DNA of 64,000 bases from Elusimicrobia bacterium GWA2_51_34 (GCA_001799565.1 MGTS01000018.1:23344-87343); one strand, 5' to 3'. Counted from the stretch's first letter, positions 17,167 to 27,386 are shown. The notes: generated by a model not told the origin, from the letters alone. Program-made: numbers and translations.

Positions 17167-19398
17167 CTTGGCTTCCTGCCTCATCCGCTTCAGGTAATAC
17201 GCGGCTTCTTTGTGGGAGGGGTCTATTTTCAGGGTTTCAACAAGCTCGGAGTAAACGCGCTTCGGGTCCTTATTCCAGTAAAGCACGGCCATATTGTAAT
17301 GCGCCTGGGCAAAACCGGGGTTGGCTTCCAACGCTTTGATGTAAGCTGCTTCAGCCTCCGTGGAACTGCCGGTTTTTTCAAGAGCCACGCCGTAGTTAAG
17401 CCAGGCGTAAGCGCTTGAAGCGGCAAGACCGCTTTTAAGCGAGTCAAGCGAATGGTACTCGGAACTTAACTCAAGCAGGCGGGCGTAAATTTCAGCCGAC
17501 GCCCTGAAATTTTCACCCGCGCGGCGCCAGTCGCCTTTTGAAGAATAATAAAAACCGGCGTATAGCCGCGCGTCCGGAATATCGGGGTCAAGCCGCGCGG
17601 AAAGTTCAAGGCCTTTTAAGGCCTCAGTGTCCTGCGAAGAAGAAGTGTTTAAAAACGCGGCCCTTGCCACCAAAGCCTGGGCGTATGAAGCGCCGAGATC
17701 CCTGTCAAAAAAATCATGGTAGGAACCGCCGAAAAAACGGAAATTATAAAACGGAAGCGGATAAAAAATATCGGCTGCCACGGCCGGGGCAGCTTCGCTT
17801 ACCGATAGCTTCACAGGACCATGTCCCTTCGAAGCTCCGTCCGCCTTAGGCGGAGGAGCGAAGAAGGATGTGTAAAGCGCGCTTACAAGCCCCGCCGGCA
17901 CGGCAGGCACTTTTGCCGGCAGCTCCGCGTCAAGCGTTGCGTAAAGCCCGCCGCTGTTCGCCGCGGCGAATGCGCGCCACTCGCTTTCGCCGCCTGAATG
18001 CAGGTTGTAAAGGGCGAGCCCCGGGCTGTAAAGACGTTTTGTATTACGGTACCAGGGCGAAGCGCTGAGTCCCTGCGCCACCACCGAAACATCCGGCCTT
18101 ATTTTTTCAACTGTCTGCGCGTACCACAAAGAAAAAAGCTGCACGTCTTTTTTTGCGACAAGCACTCCGCCCGGCGGCACGGAACGGAGCGCGTCAGAGG
18201 CGTAATCACCGGCCGCGAAAAGATCCCGCCTGTCGGCGCGCGGAAAATTAAGGTAAAAGGCCCAAAGGGCCGCCCCAGCGGCCGTCATAACGACCAGCGG
18301 CAAAAACCGCCTGAATCTTTCTCCCATATAAAACAACCCGGAAGCCGTCCAAAAGAGAACCGCCAGGTCCGGCAGCAGGTAATAGGGTTCCACTATGGCG
18401 AGCGCGTGGGGATTTGGCGGCATATTGCCCATAAAAAGGAAAACCGGCCCGGCTAAAACAAAAAGGGCGGCCACCGCTAAAAACCGCTTTTTATGAAAAT
18501 AAAATTCCACGCAAAGCCCTGCACAGGCGGCCAAAAGGGCCAGGTTGAAATTAGCCAGCAAATGGAGCGCGTAATACTTCAGATTCGGCAAAAACAGCTC
18601 GCCCATAAAATAATTTCTGGAGATTAAGTCCAGCGTTGAACCGTAACTTTTGCGCGTGACCACGGAAAAAAAGGAAGCAAGATCCGCCGGATGACTCCAG
18701 TCAAAAAGCGGGTTAGAGGCGGAGCGCACCGGCAGATAAAGATAAAGCGAGAAGCCGAGCGCGAATAGTCCGGAAACTTTAAGCAGATTAGCGGCCCAGG
18801 CTCCGCGCCAGGCGTTTTTAAGCGCCGGGAAAATTAAAATAGCGGCAGCCGGAAAAACAAAAACTATGTCCATGCGATTGGTCATGGAAAACCCGGCCAA
18901 AAAAGCGAGCAGAAAACACTTTTGTTTTGCATATTCCCTTTCAATATCAAAGGCCAGGTATAAGAGCAGACAGGCCAGCAGGGTATTCAGCGCGTACATT
19001 TCCGAAACGCCGGCGACGGTCCAGAAAGTAAAATTAAATCCCAGCAGAACTGAGGCCGCCACGGCGCTTAAAGGTGAAAATAAAGCGCTTAAAAACCCGT
19101 AAAAAACCATTATCGCGCCAAGGCCGGCGGCCGCGGAAAAAAGATTCATCGCCCAGGCGAAATTGCCGGGCGCGATCATTGTAAAAACGCGGGCGCTCAG
19201 GGCATAGAGCGGATACCCCGGCTGATGGGGCACGCCAAGACTGTACGCGTCACAAGCCATTTCTCCCGCGTCGCGGTAAGGGGCAAGGCCGGGAGGAAGA
19301 CAATAGATATAGAGCAGCGTAAAAAAAACGAACAAAAAGGCTCCGCAGGCAAATTTCAGGCGATATGAGGTTTGTTTTAAAGCGGGCGTGAATTCCAT
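17155..19398 (-). CDS. DUF2723/TMEM260-like polytopic membrane glycosyltransferase with C-terminal TPR repeats
   Basis: 747 aa. The N-terminal multi-TM region carries YRDAGEM, and the C-terminus has TPR-like repeats (AEAAYIKALEANPGFAQAHYNMAVLYW). Confidence 0.65.
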   Translation of the reverse strand: MEFTPALKQTSYRLKFACGAFLFVFFTLLYIYCLPPGLAPYRDAGEMACDAYSLGVPHQPGYPLYALSARVFTMIAPGNFAWAMNLFSAAAGLGAIMVFYGFLSALFSPLSAVAASVLLGFNFTFWTVAGVSEMYALNTLLACLLLYLAFDIEREYAKQKCFLLAFLAGFSMTNRMDIVFVFPAAAILIFPALKNAWRGAWAANLLKVSGLFALGFSLYLYLPVRSASNPLFDWSHPADLASFFSVVTRKSYGSTLDLISRNYFMGELFLPNLKYYALHLLANFNLALLAACAGLCVEFYFHKKRFLAVAALFVLAGPVFLFMGNMPPNPHALAIVEPYYLLPDLAVLFWTASGLFYMGERFRRFLPLVVMTAAGAALWAFYLNFPRADRRDLFAAGDYASDALRSVPPGGVLVAKKDVQLFSLWYAQTVEKIRPDVSVVAQGLSASPWYRNTKRLYSPGLALYNLHSGGESEWRAFAAANSGGLYATLDAELPAKVPAVPAGLVSALYTSFFAPPPKADGASKGHGPVKLSVSEAAPAVAADIFYPLPFYNFRFFGGSYHDFFDRDLGASYAQALVARAAFLNTSSSQDTEALKGLELSARLDPDIPDARLYAGFYYSSKGDWRRAGENFRASAEIYARLLELSSEYHSLDSLKSGLAASSAYAWLNYGVALEKTGSSTEAEAAYIKALEANPGFAQAHYNMAVLYWNKDPKRVYSELVETLKIDPSHKEAAYYLKRMRQEAKSNQ

Positions 19399-19456
19399 TG
19401 TTATAATTCTAGTAAATATCCGCAGTTGATAAGTAGCCGTGAACTCCCTGACAAAA

Positions 19457-19486
19457 TTGCATTAAACGCGCGTTATTATTTATAAT
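19457..19486 (+). promoter_or_regulatory. Sigma-70-like promoter upstream of the response-regulator/kinase operon
   Basis: TTGCAT (19457-19462), 18-nt spacer, TATAAT (19481-19486). It lies very close to the annotated GTG start, so the true start may be further downstream. Confidence 0.45.
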
Positions 19487-19495
19487 ACAAGTGCG

Positions 19496-20464
19496 GTGCG
19501 CGTTTCGCATCATTCCGACGCGGGGGATATCTTGCCTGATAAAACCATACTGGTTGTGGATGACGACCCCAATGTAGGGTTGCTGATCTCGGCGGTGCTT
19601 AAGAAATACGACTACACTGTGGTAACGCTTTACAGCGGTACCGAGGTGCTGGGTTTCCTGCAGACTAAAAAACCGGACCTTATACTGCTTGACCTGAAGA
19701 TGCCCGACCTTGACGGTTACGCCCTCTGCAAACGGGTCAGGGAAAACCCGGATACGAGGGATATCCCGATAATCATATTAAGCGGCGTAAGCGAGGTGGA
19801 CGCCAAGGTAAGCACCATAGAACTGGGCGCCGACGATTTTATAACCAAACCTTTTGACGTGCGAGAATTGCGCGCGCGCGTTAACCGCATCATAAAACGC
19901 AAGACCTCCGACACCGCCCTTAACCCCCTTACAAGCCTGCCCGGCAGCCCGGCCATTGAAGAGGAAGTGCACAAACGCCTTGCCGCGGGCGACAATTTCG
20001 CGTTTCTCTATGTTGACGCGGATAATTTCAAATCTTATAACGACGTATATGGCTACGCCAAAGGCGACGAGGTTATAAAACACATCTCCGCCCTGCTAGC
20101 GCGCGAAGCCCGGAAACACGCTCCGAAAAATTATTTTATCGGCCACATAGGCGGCGATGACTTCGTACTTATCCTGGGAGTTCAGGAAGCTGAAAAAACG
20201 GCTAAAGCCGTTACAGAAGAATTTGACCGCACTATCCCGTCTTTTTATACGGAAGCCGACAGAAAACGGGGTTTTATCACCACCGCGGACAGGAAAAATA
20301 AAACCACTGATTTCCAGATAATGTCGCTTACCGTCGGCATAATAATCCCAAAGGGGATCAGGCATTACGGAAAAATAGTGCAGACGGCGGCGGAACTGAA
20401 GCATTACGCCAAAACTCTTTCCGGCCGCCGCGGCAGTATTTACATAAGGGACAGAAGGCTATAA
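19496..20464 (+). CDS. Response regulator receiver domain fused to a GGDEF-like domain (motif GGDDF)
   Basis: REC motifs VVDDDP...DLILLDLKMPDLDG...TKP. The GGDEF-like domain has FLYVDADNFKSYND and HIGGDDFVL. Confidence 0.8.
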   Translation: MRVSHHSDAGDILPDKTILVVDDDPNVGLLISAVLKKYDYTVVTLYSGTEVLGFLQTKKPDLILLDLKMPDLDGYALCKRVRENPDTRDIPIIILSGVSEVDAKVSTIELGADDFITKPFDVRELRARVNRIIKRKTSDTALNPLTSLPGSPAIEEEVHKRLAAGDNFAFLYVDADNFKSYNDVYGYAKGDEVIKHISALLAREARKHAPKNYFIGHIGGDDFVLILGVQEAEKTAKAVTEEFDRTIPSFYTEADRKRGFITTADRKNKTTDFQIMSLTVGIIIPKGIRHYGKIVQTAAELKHYAKTLSGRRGSIYIRDRRL

Positions 20465-22497
20465 TGGACGCTACGGACGCCATAACCGGAACCATATTCG
20501 CGGGCTGCAAGGTAATGGGTAAAATAGGCCAGGGCGGCATGGGCAGTGTTTACAAAGCGCGCCATGAAGCCCTGGATAAGGTAGTCTGCATAAAACTCCT
20601 TTCACCGGAACTCGCCCGCGAACAGCGGAATATTGATTTTTTTCTGAGAGAGGCCCGCTCAGCCGCCAAGCTTGAACACCCGAACATCGTTCAGGTTTAT
20701 AATTTCGGCCAGGAGAACGGCTCTTATTTTATCGTAATGTCCCATGTGGAGGGCAAAACCCTTTCGGAACTGGTAGCTGAAAAAGGCCCTTTTGACGCGG
20801 CCCAGGCGACTGAAATGATAATAGGCGTTTTAGAGGGGCTCGCGCACGCCCACTCAAAAGGCATCGTTCACCGCGATATCAAGCCCGCGAACATATTGGT
20901 GGGCGCGGACAGGATACCCCGCATAGTGGACTTCGGTCTTGCCCGCAGCATAAGCGAAGAGAAACAGCTTACCCTGGCCGGCGAAATGGTGGGGACCGCC
21001 TATTTCATGTCGCCGGAGCAGGGGCTGGCGGGCAAGGTTGACGCCCGCTCCGACCTGTATTGCGCGGGGGCGACCTATTTTTATATCCTCTCCGGCCAAT
21101 ATCCTTTTGAAGGTAAAAATTCAATAGAGGTAATACACAAGCACATAAGCTCGCCATTCCCGAATATCATACTTCTGAAACCGGATGTGCCGCTTTGGGT
21201 GTCCAGCGTGCTGGAAAAATTAATGCGCAAGAAACCGGAAGACCGCTACCAGAGCGCGCGGGAATTAATTGACGACCTTAAAAAACGCCGGGACGGACAG
21301 GAAAGCTCGTCTTTGGAAAAGTCATTTGACATACCGGCAATAACAGCCCGTATAAACGCTCCGCCCCGGCCGGCCCCAATAGAGACAACAGCCCCCCTGG
21401 TTGATGACCTGAATGCCAAAACAACCGGCGCCGCGCCGGCGCCTGACGGCGCTTCCGCCGGAGTTCAGCCGGCCGCTTCGCTCAACTTGGCGCGTATATT
21501 GCTGCATGGCGCTCTCACTCTTACGGCCGCCGGCTGTTTTATAATTTCAGGCGCCTCGGGCGGGGCAACCGGCAGTCTGTCCGCCCCTTTCCTCCACAGC
21601 CCGCTGACCGCCGGCTTCTTTGCGGTTCTGGGAACGGCCGTTCTGGTATCGGCCTTAGTCCTGAAGCCGCTTAAATTCACGCTTCAACGCGCTTTATTCC
21701 TGGCGGCGGCGGCCGTTGCCGCCTACGCGGGCGGAGCCTGTATACCCGCGCCTGAAACCGCCGGATCAATGGCTAAAACTTTTCTCGCGCTCCAAATCGG
21801 TCTTAAAAACGCGTTCTCCTCCGCCAATCTGCTGATTTACGCCTTCTTCTTATACCTGGCGGCCTCAAAAATAGTATGCCGCGGAAATTGGATTTTCAAA
21901 ATCACAGCGGCCGCAGCCTACCTGCTCTCCCTGTTTTTCACCTACACCTACTTCAGGGGAGCCTTTGCACCGGAGCCTGAAAAAGCATATTTCGCCGCGG
22001 CCGGGATCCTTGCGTTTACCGGCATACTCTCGGCTGCCGCCGCTAAAGAGTTTTCTCTGTTTTTTAATCCGCCGCTGTTTTTTTTGGCGGCTAATCTCCT
22101 GGTATTCGCAATGTTTACAAATCCCGCTGTATCGGTTATAACCGATGAAAAAGAGCGCGTTGAAGCGCTTCGCGCGACGCAGGAAAACAGCCTGGCCATG
22201 GCCCAATACCGCGGCAGGGTGCGCGCGGCGGAAAGCGAACAGCAATACGACGTGGACGGCAATCCGCTTGAAAAAAAAATCCTGATCCCGCCGGAGGAAA
22301 TAAAGCCGGCCGCGCGGGGCGAGCTTGCCGGTAAAGCCAGGGCGCAATACTACACGCAGCTGGGTCTTAAAATAAGCCGCGATCTCGCGGATTCAGCCGG
22401 CGTCTTATTAATCGCGCTTTTTCTGTTATTAATGGCGAACTTCTGTTTTATTGACGAACTGTTCGCGGTTTGCAGAAAGGATGAGACATTTAGTTGA
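20464..22497 (+). CDS. Ser/Thr protein kinase with polytopic C-terminal membrane region
   Basis: Hanks kinase motifs GQGGMGSVYKA, HRDIKPANIL and DFGLA, followed by several hydrophobic helices. Its ATG overlaps the upstream stop. Confidence 0.88.
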   Translation: MDATDAITGTIFAGCKVMGKIGQGGMGSVYKARHEALDKVVCIKLLSPELAREQRNIDFFLREARSAAKLEHPNIVQVYNFGQENGSYFIVMSHVEGKTLSELVAEKGPFDAAQATEMIIGVLEGLAHAHSKGIVHRDIKPANILVGADRIPRIVDFGLARSISEEKQLTLAGEMVGTAYFMSPEQGLAGKVDARSDLYCAGATYFYILSGQYPFEGKNSIEVIHKHISSPFPNIILLKPDVPLWVSSVLEKLMRKKPEDRYQSARELIDDLKKRRDGQESSSLEKSFDIPAITARINAPPRPAPIETTAPLVDDLNAKTTGAAPAPDGASAGVQPAASLNLARILLHGALTLTAAGCFIISGASGGATGSLSAPFLHSPLTAGFFAVLGTAVLVSALVLKPLKFTLQRALFLAAAAVAAYAGGACIPAPETAGSMAKTFLALQIGLKNAFSSANLLIYAFFLYLAASKIVCRGNWIFKITAAAAYLLSLFFTYTYFRGAFAPEPEKAYFAAAGILAFTGILSAAAAKEFSLFFNPPLFFLAANLLVFAMFTNPAVSVITDEKERVEALRATQENSLAMAQYRGRVRAAESEQQYDVDGNPLEKKILIPPEEIKPAARGELAGKARAQYYTQLGLKISRDLADSAGVLLIALFLLLMANFCFIDELFAVCRKDETFS

Positions 22498-25400
22498 ATT
22501 TACTACGGAGGACTCAAGTGAAAAAATTTTTCTTCTCAAATCTGCTGTGGGGTTCGGCGCTCTTGCTGGTGACGCTGCTTTTTTATTTCACCTCCACCGG
22601 CCTTGAAACGGCGGAACTTAAATTTTACGATTTCCGCGCCAGAATGAGCGCCGCCTCCTCCGCCAAAAACGAAGTTGCGATCATAGAGATAAACGACGAC
22701 AGTATTTCAAAAATAGGGCGCTGGCCGTGGCCGCGCTCAAAAGTGGCCGAGATGCTTCTGCTGCTTTCAAGCTCCACGGCACGGCCCTCGGTAATAGGCC
22801 TGAATATACTTTTCTCGGAACCGGAAAAAAACTCCGGAGTGGAACTCGGCGACTACCTGAAAACCAGGTACCGCGCGCTTGTGGCCGAAAAAAAGATAAA
22901 GGAAACCGCCAAAGAATCCGACTTTTTAAAGATCATAGACGAAGCCCGCGCCGGCCTTGATAACGACACAAAGCTTGCGGCCGCCGTGGCCGCCGCCGGA
23001 AATGTGGTGCTTCCCATGTACATAAAAACCGGCGAGGCGGACTTAAAAGCGGAGCCTGAACCCGAATGGCTGAAAAAATTCGCGCCGGCTATCGCGCATT
23101 CGGCCGCGCCCGCGGATATCCAGAATGAGGGCACGCAGATCACCGTTCCGCTGGAAATTTTAAGCTCAAGCGCGGCGGGAGTGGGCCATGTCAATGTTTT
23201 CGCGGACTCAGACGGCACAGTGCGCAGGGAATATCCGTTCATCCCCTATAACCGGAGTTTTTACCCTTCTTTCGCCGCCGAAATAGTGCGGACGCGCCTG
23301 AAGCTGACCCCGCAGGAAGTGGCGCTTTCGCCCGGTTCGCAGGCGACCTTCGGACGCAATAAAATACCGCTTGACCTGGCCTCCTCGGTGCTGGTCGCTT
23401 TCAATAAAAGCAGGACATCTTTCAAATACTACTCCTTTTACGACGTGATAAACGGAAAAATAGTGCCGGAAGCTTTTAAGGACAAAATAGTTCTTATCGG
23501 CCTTACCGCGCAGGGAGTGGGCACGCCTTACGTAACCCCGGTGGAAAGCAATTTGCAGGCGGTGGAATTTACGGCCAATGTCATAGGCGACATCTTAGAG
23601 GGGCGTTTTATTTCAAGACCCGAATGGGCATTTCAGACGGAGCTTGGCCTTATAATTTTTACCGGCCTTTTTATAATATTCCTGCTGCCCCGCCTGAAGG
23701 CGGGCCTGGGCGCCGGTCTTACGGCTCTTATGCTGGGCTCTTTGGTGGGCGCCGGGGTTTTTTTGTTCACCTCAAAAAGCATGTGGCTTAAAACGCTTTA
23801 TCCGGCTTTTCTGCTTGTGGCTGGCTATATTTTTATCGTCAGCAAACGCTTCTTCAGCACGGAGAAGAAAAAAGAGCTTATAGAGGTTTCCGCCATAGAA
23901 ACGAACAAAATGCTCGGCCTCTCTTTTCAGGGCCAGGGCATGCTCGATCTGGCCTTTGAAAAATTCCGCCTTTGCCCCGTTGACGGGACCATGAAAGATC
24001 TTCTTTATAACCTGGCGCTGGATTTTGAGCGCAAGCGCCAGTTCAATAAAGCAGTGGCGGTTTACGGCCATATTTCGGTTAAAGATCCCGCTTACAAGGA
24101 CATAAAAGACAAGATGGAAATGCTCACCAAGGCTTCCAACGGAGCCGTTTTCGGCGGCCAGCTGGGCGGAAAATCCGGCGGGGGGGGGGATGCCACCATG
24201 CTGGTTGCGGGCTCCTCTACCATCCCCACGCTTGGACGTTATGAAATAACAAAGGAGCTCGGCAAGGGCGCCATGGGCATAGTTTACCTGGGCAGGGATC
24301 CTAAAATAAACAGGATCGTGGCCATAAAAACCATGCGCTTTGAGGAAGGAATAGAAGAAAAAGCCCTGAAAGAGCTTAAAGACCGCTTCTTCCGCGAAGC
24401 GCAGGCGGCAGGCAATCTTTCCCACCCGAACATTGTAAAGATCTTTGACGCCGGGGAAGAGCAGGAGATCGCCTACATAGCCATGGAGCTGCTGAAAGGC
24501 GACGACCTTAAAAAGTGGACGCCCAAGGGCTCGCTTTTGCCGGTGGAAAAAGTCCTTGAGTATATGGAGAAGTCGGCCGAGGCGCTTGACTACGCGCATA
24601 AAAACGGCGTAATACACCGCGATATCAAGCCCGCCAATATAATGCTCCTTGAAGACGGCTCGGTGCGCGTGGCTGACTTCGGCATAGCCCGTATACAGGA
24701 GTCTTCCAAAACCGCCACCGGCACCGTTATGGGCACGCCCTACTACATGAGCCCGGAGCAGATAGCCGGCAAGAAAGTGGACGGCCGGGCGGATATTTTT
24801 TCGCTTGGCGTTACCATGTTTGAACTGCTTACCGGCGAGCGCCCCTGGAAGGGCGGCGACGCCGTGGGCACGCTTTTCTTCCAGATAGCCTCCGACCCCT
24901 ACCCCGACCCCGTAGCCTGCAACCCCGCCGTTACGAGAGATATTGTTACTGTTATAGATAAGGCCCTTAAAAAGAATCCGGAGGAAAGGTACCAGACAGC
25001 GGGCCAGATGGCGGAAGATATAAAGAACCTGCTTCACAAAAAACCGCTTTCGGCGGAGGCCCCTAAAACACCGCCGGCTCCCGGCGCCCCGGCGCAGCAA
25101 AAAACCACGGCTCCTCCGCAGATAAACTCCGCCGCGGCTCCGGCCGCCCATACCATGAAGGCCGCTCCACAAGCGGCGCAGGCCGCGGCCGTAAAACAAC
25201 CGTCTCAGGCCGCCGGGCAGACGCCTAAGGCGCAGAGCCCCGCTCCGGCAGTCGCGCAGCCCCGGCCGGCGCCCGCGCCGGCCGTTCCGCCGGCTAAACC
25301 GCAGCCGCAAATTTCGCCTGCGCTTGAACTCGCGCCCAGAGAAGGCCTTGAACTGACCATGAAAACAACCCCACCGCCCGCTTCGGGCAGAATGCCCGTT

Positions 25401-25607
25401 TCCGGGCAAGCAGGTGGTGGGGCAAAGCCTCCCGCCGCCCCTGCCCCCAAACCGCCGCCAAAACCTGAACCAGCGGTGCAGGAACCCGCAAAACCCGCTC
25501 CGGCGGCCGTCAACAAGCCGGCGGCGGATTTTACAACGCCCGCGGCGAGCGGGGGGGATTTTGAAAAATCCCTGCCGCTTATTTACCCTGAAGAGGAAAA
25601 AACATGA
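22494..25607 (+). CDS. CHASE2-like sensor / TPR / Ser/Thr protein kinase with Pro/Ala-rich C-terminal tail
   Basis: 1037 aa. The N-terminal extracytoplasmic region is followed by TM helices (CHASE2-like layout). The kinase core has GKGAMGIVYLG, HRDIKPANIM and DFGIA, and the tail is long and P/A-rich. Confidence 0.8.
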   Translation: MNLLRRTQVKKFFFSNLLWGSALLLVTLLFYFTSTGLETAELKFYDFRARMSAASSAKNEVAIIEINDDSISKIGRWPWPRSKVAEMLLLLSSSTARPSVIGLNILFSEPEKNSGVELGDYLKTRYRALVAEKKIKETAKESDFLKIIDEARAGLDNDTKLAAAVAAAGNVVLPMYIKTGEADLKAEPEPEWLKKFAPAIAHSAAPADIQNEGTQITVPLEILSSSAAGVGHVNVFADSDGTVRREYPFIPYNRSFYPSFAAEIVRTRLKLTPQEVALSPGSQATFGRNKIPLDLASSVLVAFNKSRTSFKYYSFYDVINGKIVPEAFKDKIVLIGLTAQGVGTPYVTPVESNLQAVEFTANVIGDILEGRFISRPEWAFQTELGLIIFTGLFIIFLLPRLKAGLGAGLTALMLGSLVGAGVFLFTSKSMWLKTLYPAFLLVAGYIFIVSKRFFSTEKKKELIEVSAIETNKMLGLSFQGQGMLDLAFEKFRLCPVDGTMKDLLYNLALDFERKRQFNKAVAVYGHISVKDPAYKDIKDKMEMLTKASNGAVFGGQLGGKSGGGGDATMLVAGSSTIPTLGRYEITKELGKGAMGIVYLGRDPKINRIVAIKTMRFEEGIEEKALKELKDRFFREAQAAGNLSHPNIVKIFDAGEEQEIAYIAMELLKGDDLKKWTPKGSLLPVEKVLEYMEKSAEALDYAHKNGVIHRDIKPANIMLLEDGSVRVADFGIARIQESSKTATGTVMGTPYYMSPEQIAGKKVDGRADIFSLGVTMFELLTGERPWKGGDAVGTLFFQIASDPYPDPVACNPAVTRDIVTVIDKALKKNPEERYQTAGQMAEDIKNLLHKKPLSAEAPKTPPAPGAPAQQKTTAPPQINSAAAPAAHTMKAAPQAAQAAAVKQPSQAAGQTPKAQSPAPAVAQPRPAPAPAVPPAKPQPQISPALELAPREGLELTMKTTPPPASGRMPVSGQAGGGAKPPAAPAPKPPPKPEPAVQEPAKPAPAAVNKPAADFTTPAASGGDFEKSLPLIYPEEEKT

Positions 25608-25757
25608 TCCCATCACCCGCCCATTCGCCACTGGCGAATAATAGTTTCGCTTTTAGAACCGGTTACGGAAGCAGGTTCCGCTACTTCCGGCTGTCAACCA
25701 TGTGCTCAAGCAATTTAAAATTCAAGGCGGCCTTTTTGGCCGCGGGCAGGTGATGGG

Positions 25758-26567
25758 ATGAGCTTTAAAATAGAATTCGCCTGGCTCTCCGACACCGGTA
25801 AGGTCAGGACAAATAATGAAGACAGCGCGCTTGTGGACGAAACCCTGGAACTTGCCATAGTCGCCGACGGAATGGGCGGCCACAGCTCCGGCGAGCTGGC
25901 AAGTTCCATGGCGGTTAAAGTTACCCGCGACAAGTATGATTCCATGCGGCGCACAAATATGAAACCCTCTCCTTATAACAGTAAATTTATGCTTGAAACC
26001 AACCAGTTGGGCTTCGCTGTGCAGCTGTCAAATTCAGTGATCTACGAGGCGGGCAATTCCACCCCCAATAACAAAGGCATGGGCACAACGCTTACGGCCG
26101 CGCTTTTAAACGGCAACCGCCTTTGCACCGCCCATATAGGCGACTCGCGTCTTTATATTTTCCGCTCCGGCTCCCTGGAACAGGTGACCGAGGACCATTC
26201 GCTTGTAATGGACCATGTGCGCAAGGGCCTGCTTACCAAAGAGCAGGCGGAAAAATCTCCGATGCAAAATATACTTACACGCGCCCTGGGCTCGCAAAAA
26301 AGCCCGCTTGTTGACCTTTATGAGACCGATCTTCATGAAGGCGACCGCCTGTTGATGTGCACCGACGGGCTTTTTAAGGCTGTTTCTGAAGAGAAAACCG
26401 CGGAAATTATGAAAGCCAACGCAGCGGACCGCAAGGCTTGCGAACTGCTGGTGGAAACCGCGAACATTAACGGCGGCCCGGACAACGTGACCGTAATCCT
26501 GGGCACCGTAAGCAAAAAAACATTAAAGGAAACATTAAAGGACGTGTTTAAAAAATCATATGCCTAA
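25758..26567 (+). CDS. PP2C-family Ser/Thr protein phosphatase
   Basis: Motifs NEDS, VADGMGGH, GTTL and TDGL...DNVTV. Confidence 0.9.
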   Translation: MSFKIEFAWLSDTGKVRTNNEDSALVDETLELAIVADGMGGHSSGELASSMAVKVTRDKYDSMRRTNMKPSPYNSKFMLETNQLGFAVQLSNSVIYEAGNSTPNNKGMGTTLTAALLNGNRLCTAHIGDSRLYIFRSGSLEQVTEDHSLVMDHVRKGLLTKEQAEKSPMQNILTRALGSQKSPLVDLYETDLHEGDRLLMCTDGLFKAVSEEKTAEIMKANAADRKACELLVETANINGGPDNVTVILGTVSKKTLKETLKDVFKKSYA

Positions 26568-27240
26568 ACTACTTCTTAAATTTGAGGCGGCCGTAATAAA
26601 AGAGATAAAGCTGGATAAGCCGGCTTTTACCGTGGGAAGAAAACCTGACAATGACATAGTTATCGACCATCCCACCGTTTCAGGCCATCACTGCAAAATT
26701 TATTCGGCCGGCGGTTCCTGGTTCGTAGAGGACTTAAACTCCACCAACGGCACCTCCGTTAACGGCAAGCGCGTGCTTAAGGCCGGCCTGCGCGCCAACG
26801 ACGCCGTGATGCTGGTAAAATATTCTCTGATTTTTTCGGACGACGCCGCCCCCGCGGCGGAAAGCGCCCCAAAGGCCGAAAAGGCGGGGCAAAAACCAGG
26901 GCCGGAACTTCCCCCGCAGAAGATCATACCTAAAGCATGCCTGGAAGTTCTTGAAAATCCGGCAGGAACCGTAAAAGAATTTGAGCTTACCGCCCTTTCC
27001 ACCTATATAGGAAAATCCTCACAGGCCAATATCCCTTACAAGGCGGGGGGGCTTTTCGGCACCGGCCCCGACATGGCCGCGGTTATCACCATGCGCCCTG
27101 AAGGCTACTACCTCACTCCCGTAAAGGAAGGCTATGCCAGGCACAACGGCGACCCCCTGGCCGCCAAGCAGCTCCTTAAGGACGACGATATCGTTGAAGT
27201 GGGCTCCACCAAGTTCAGATTTTTCATTAAAAAAACTTAG
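26560..27240 (+). CDS. FHA domain-containing protein
   Basis: N-terminal FHA signature FTVGRKPDNDIVIDHPTVSGHHCKI...STNGTSVNGKRV. The C-terminal half also looks FHA-like. Confidence 0.85.
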   Translation: MPKLLLKFEAAVIKEIKLDKPAFTVGRKPDNDIVIDHPTVSGHHCKIYSAGGSWFVEDLNSTNGTSVNGKRVLKAGLRANDAVMLVKYSLIFSDDAAPAAESAPKAEKAGQKPGPELPPQKIIPKACLEVLENPAGTVKEFELTALSTYIGKSSQANIPYKAGGLFGTGPDMAAVITMRPEGYYLTPVKEGYARHNGDPLAAKQLLKDDDIVEVGSTKFRFFIKKT

Positions 27241-27250
27241 CAGTTTTTTT

Positions 27251-27340
27251 GCTAGTAGGCTTGTAGGCTGGTATGCCAGTATGCTTTTAAGGAGTTCCTT
27301 AATAAGGCCTACCAGCCTACAAGCGTACCCGCCTACCAGC
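27251..27340. repeat. Word-repeat hairpin, GTAGGCT/GTATGCC word family
   Basis: gctagtaggcttgtaggctggtatgccagtatgc - ttttaaggagttccttaataagg - cctaccagcctacaagcgtacccgcctaccagc. Confidence 0.7.
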
Positions 27341-27359
27341 TTTCCCATCTGCTCCTTTA

Positions 27360-27386
27360 TTAGCAGTCAAACACAAAGAGTGCTAT
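27360..27386 (+). promoter_or_regulatory. CIRCE-like operator 1 (HrcA box)
   Basis: TTAGCAGTC-N9-GAGTGCTAT against the consensus TTAGCACTC-N9-GAGTGCTAA. It abuts the -35 element. Confidence 0.7.

Noticed and set aside
23772-25631. 619-aa minus-strand ORF.
   Set aside because: It lies entirely antisense to the well-supported CHASE2-like kinase gene. Its product is extremely Arg/Gly-rich and low in complexity, which is typical of a spurious antisense frame in GC-rich coding DNA.
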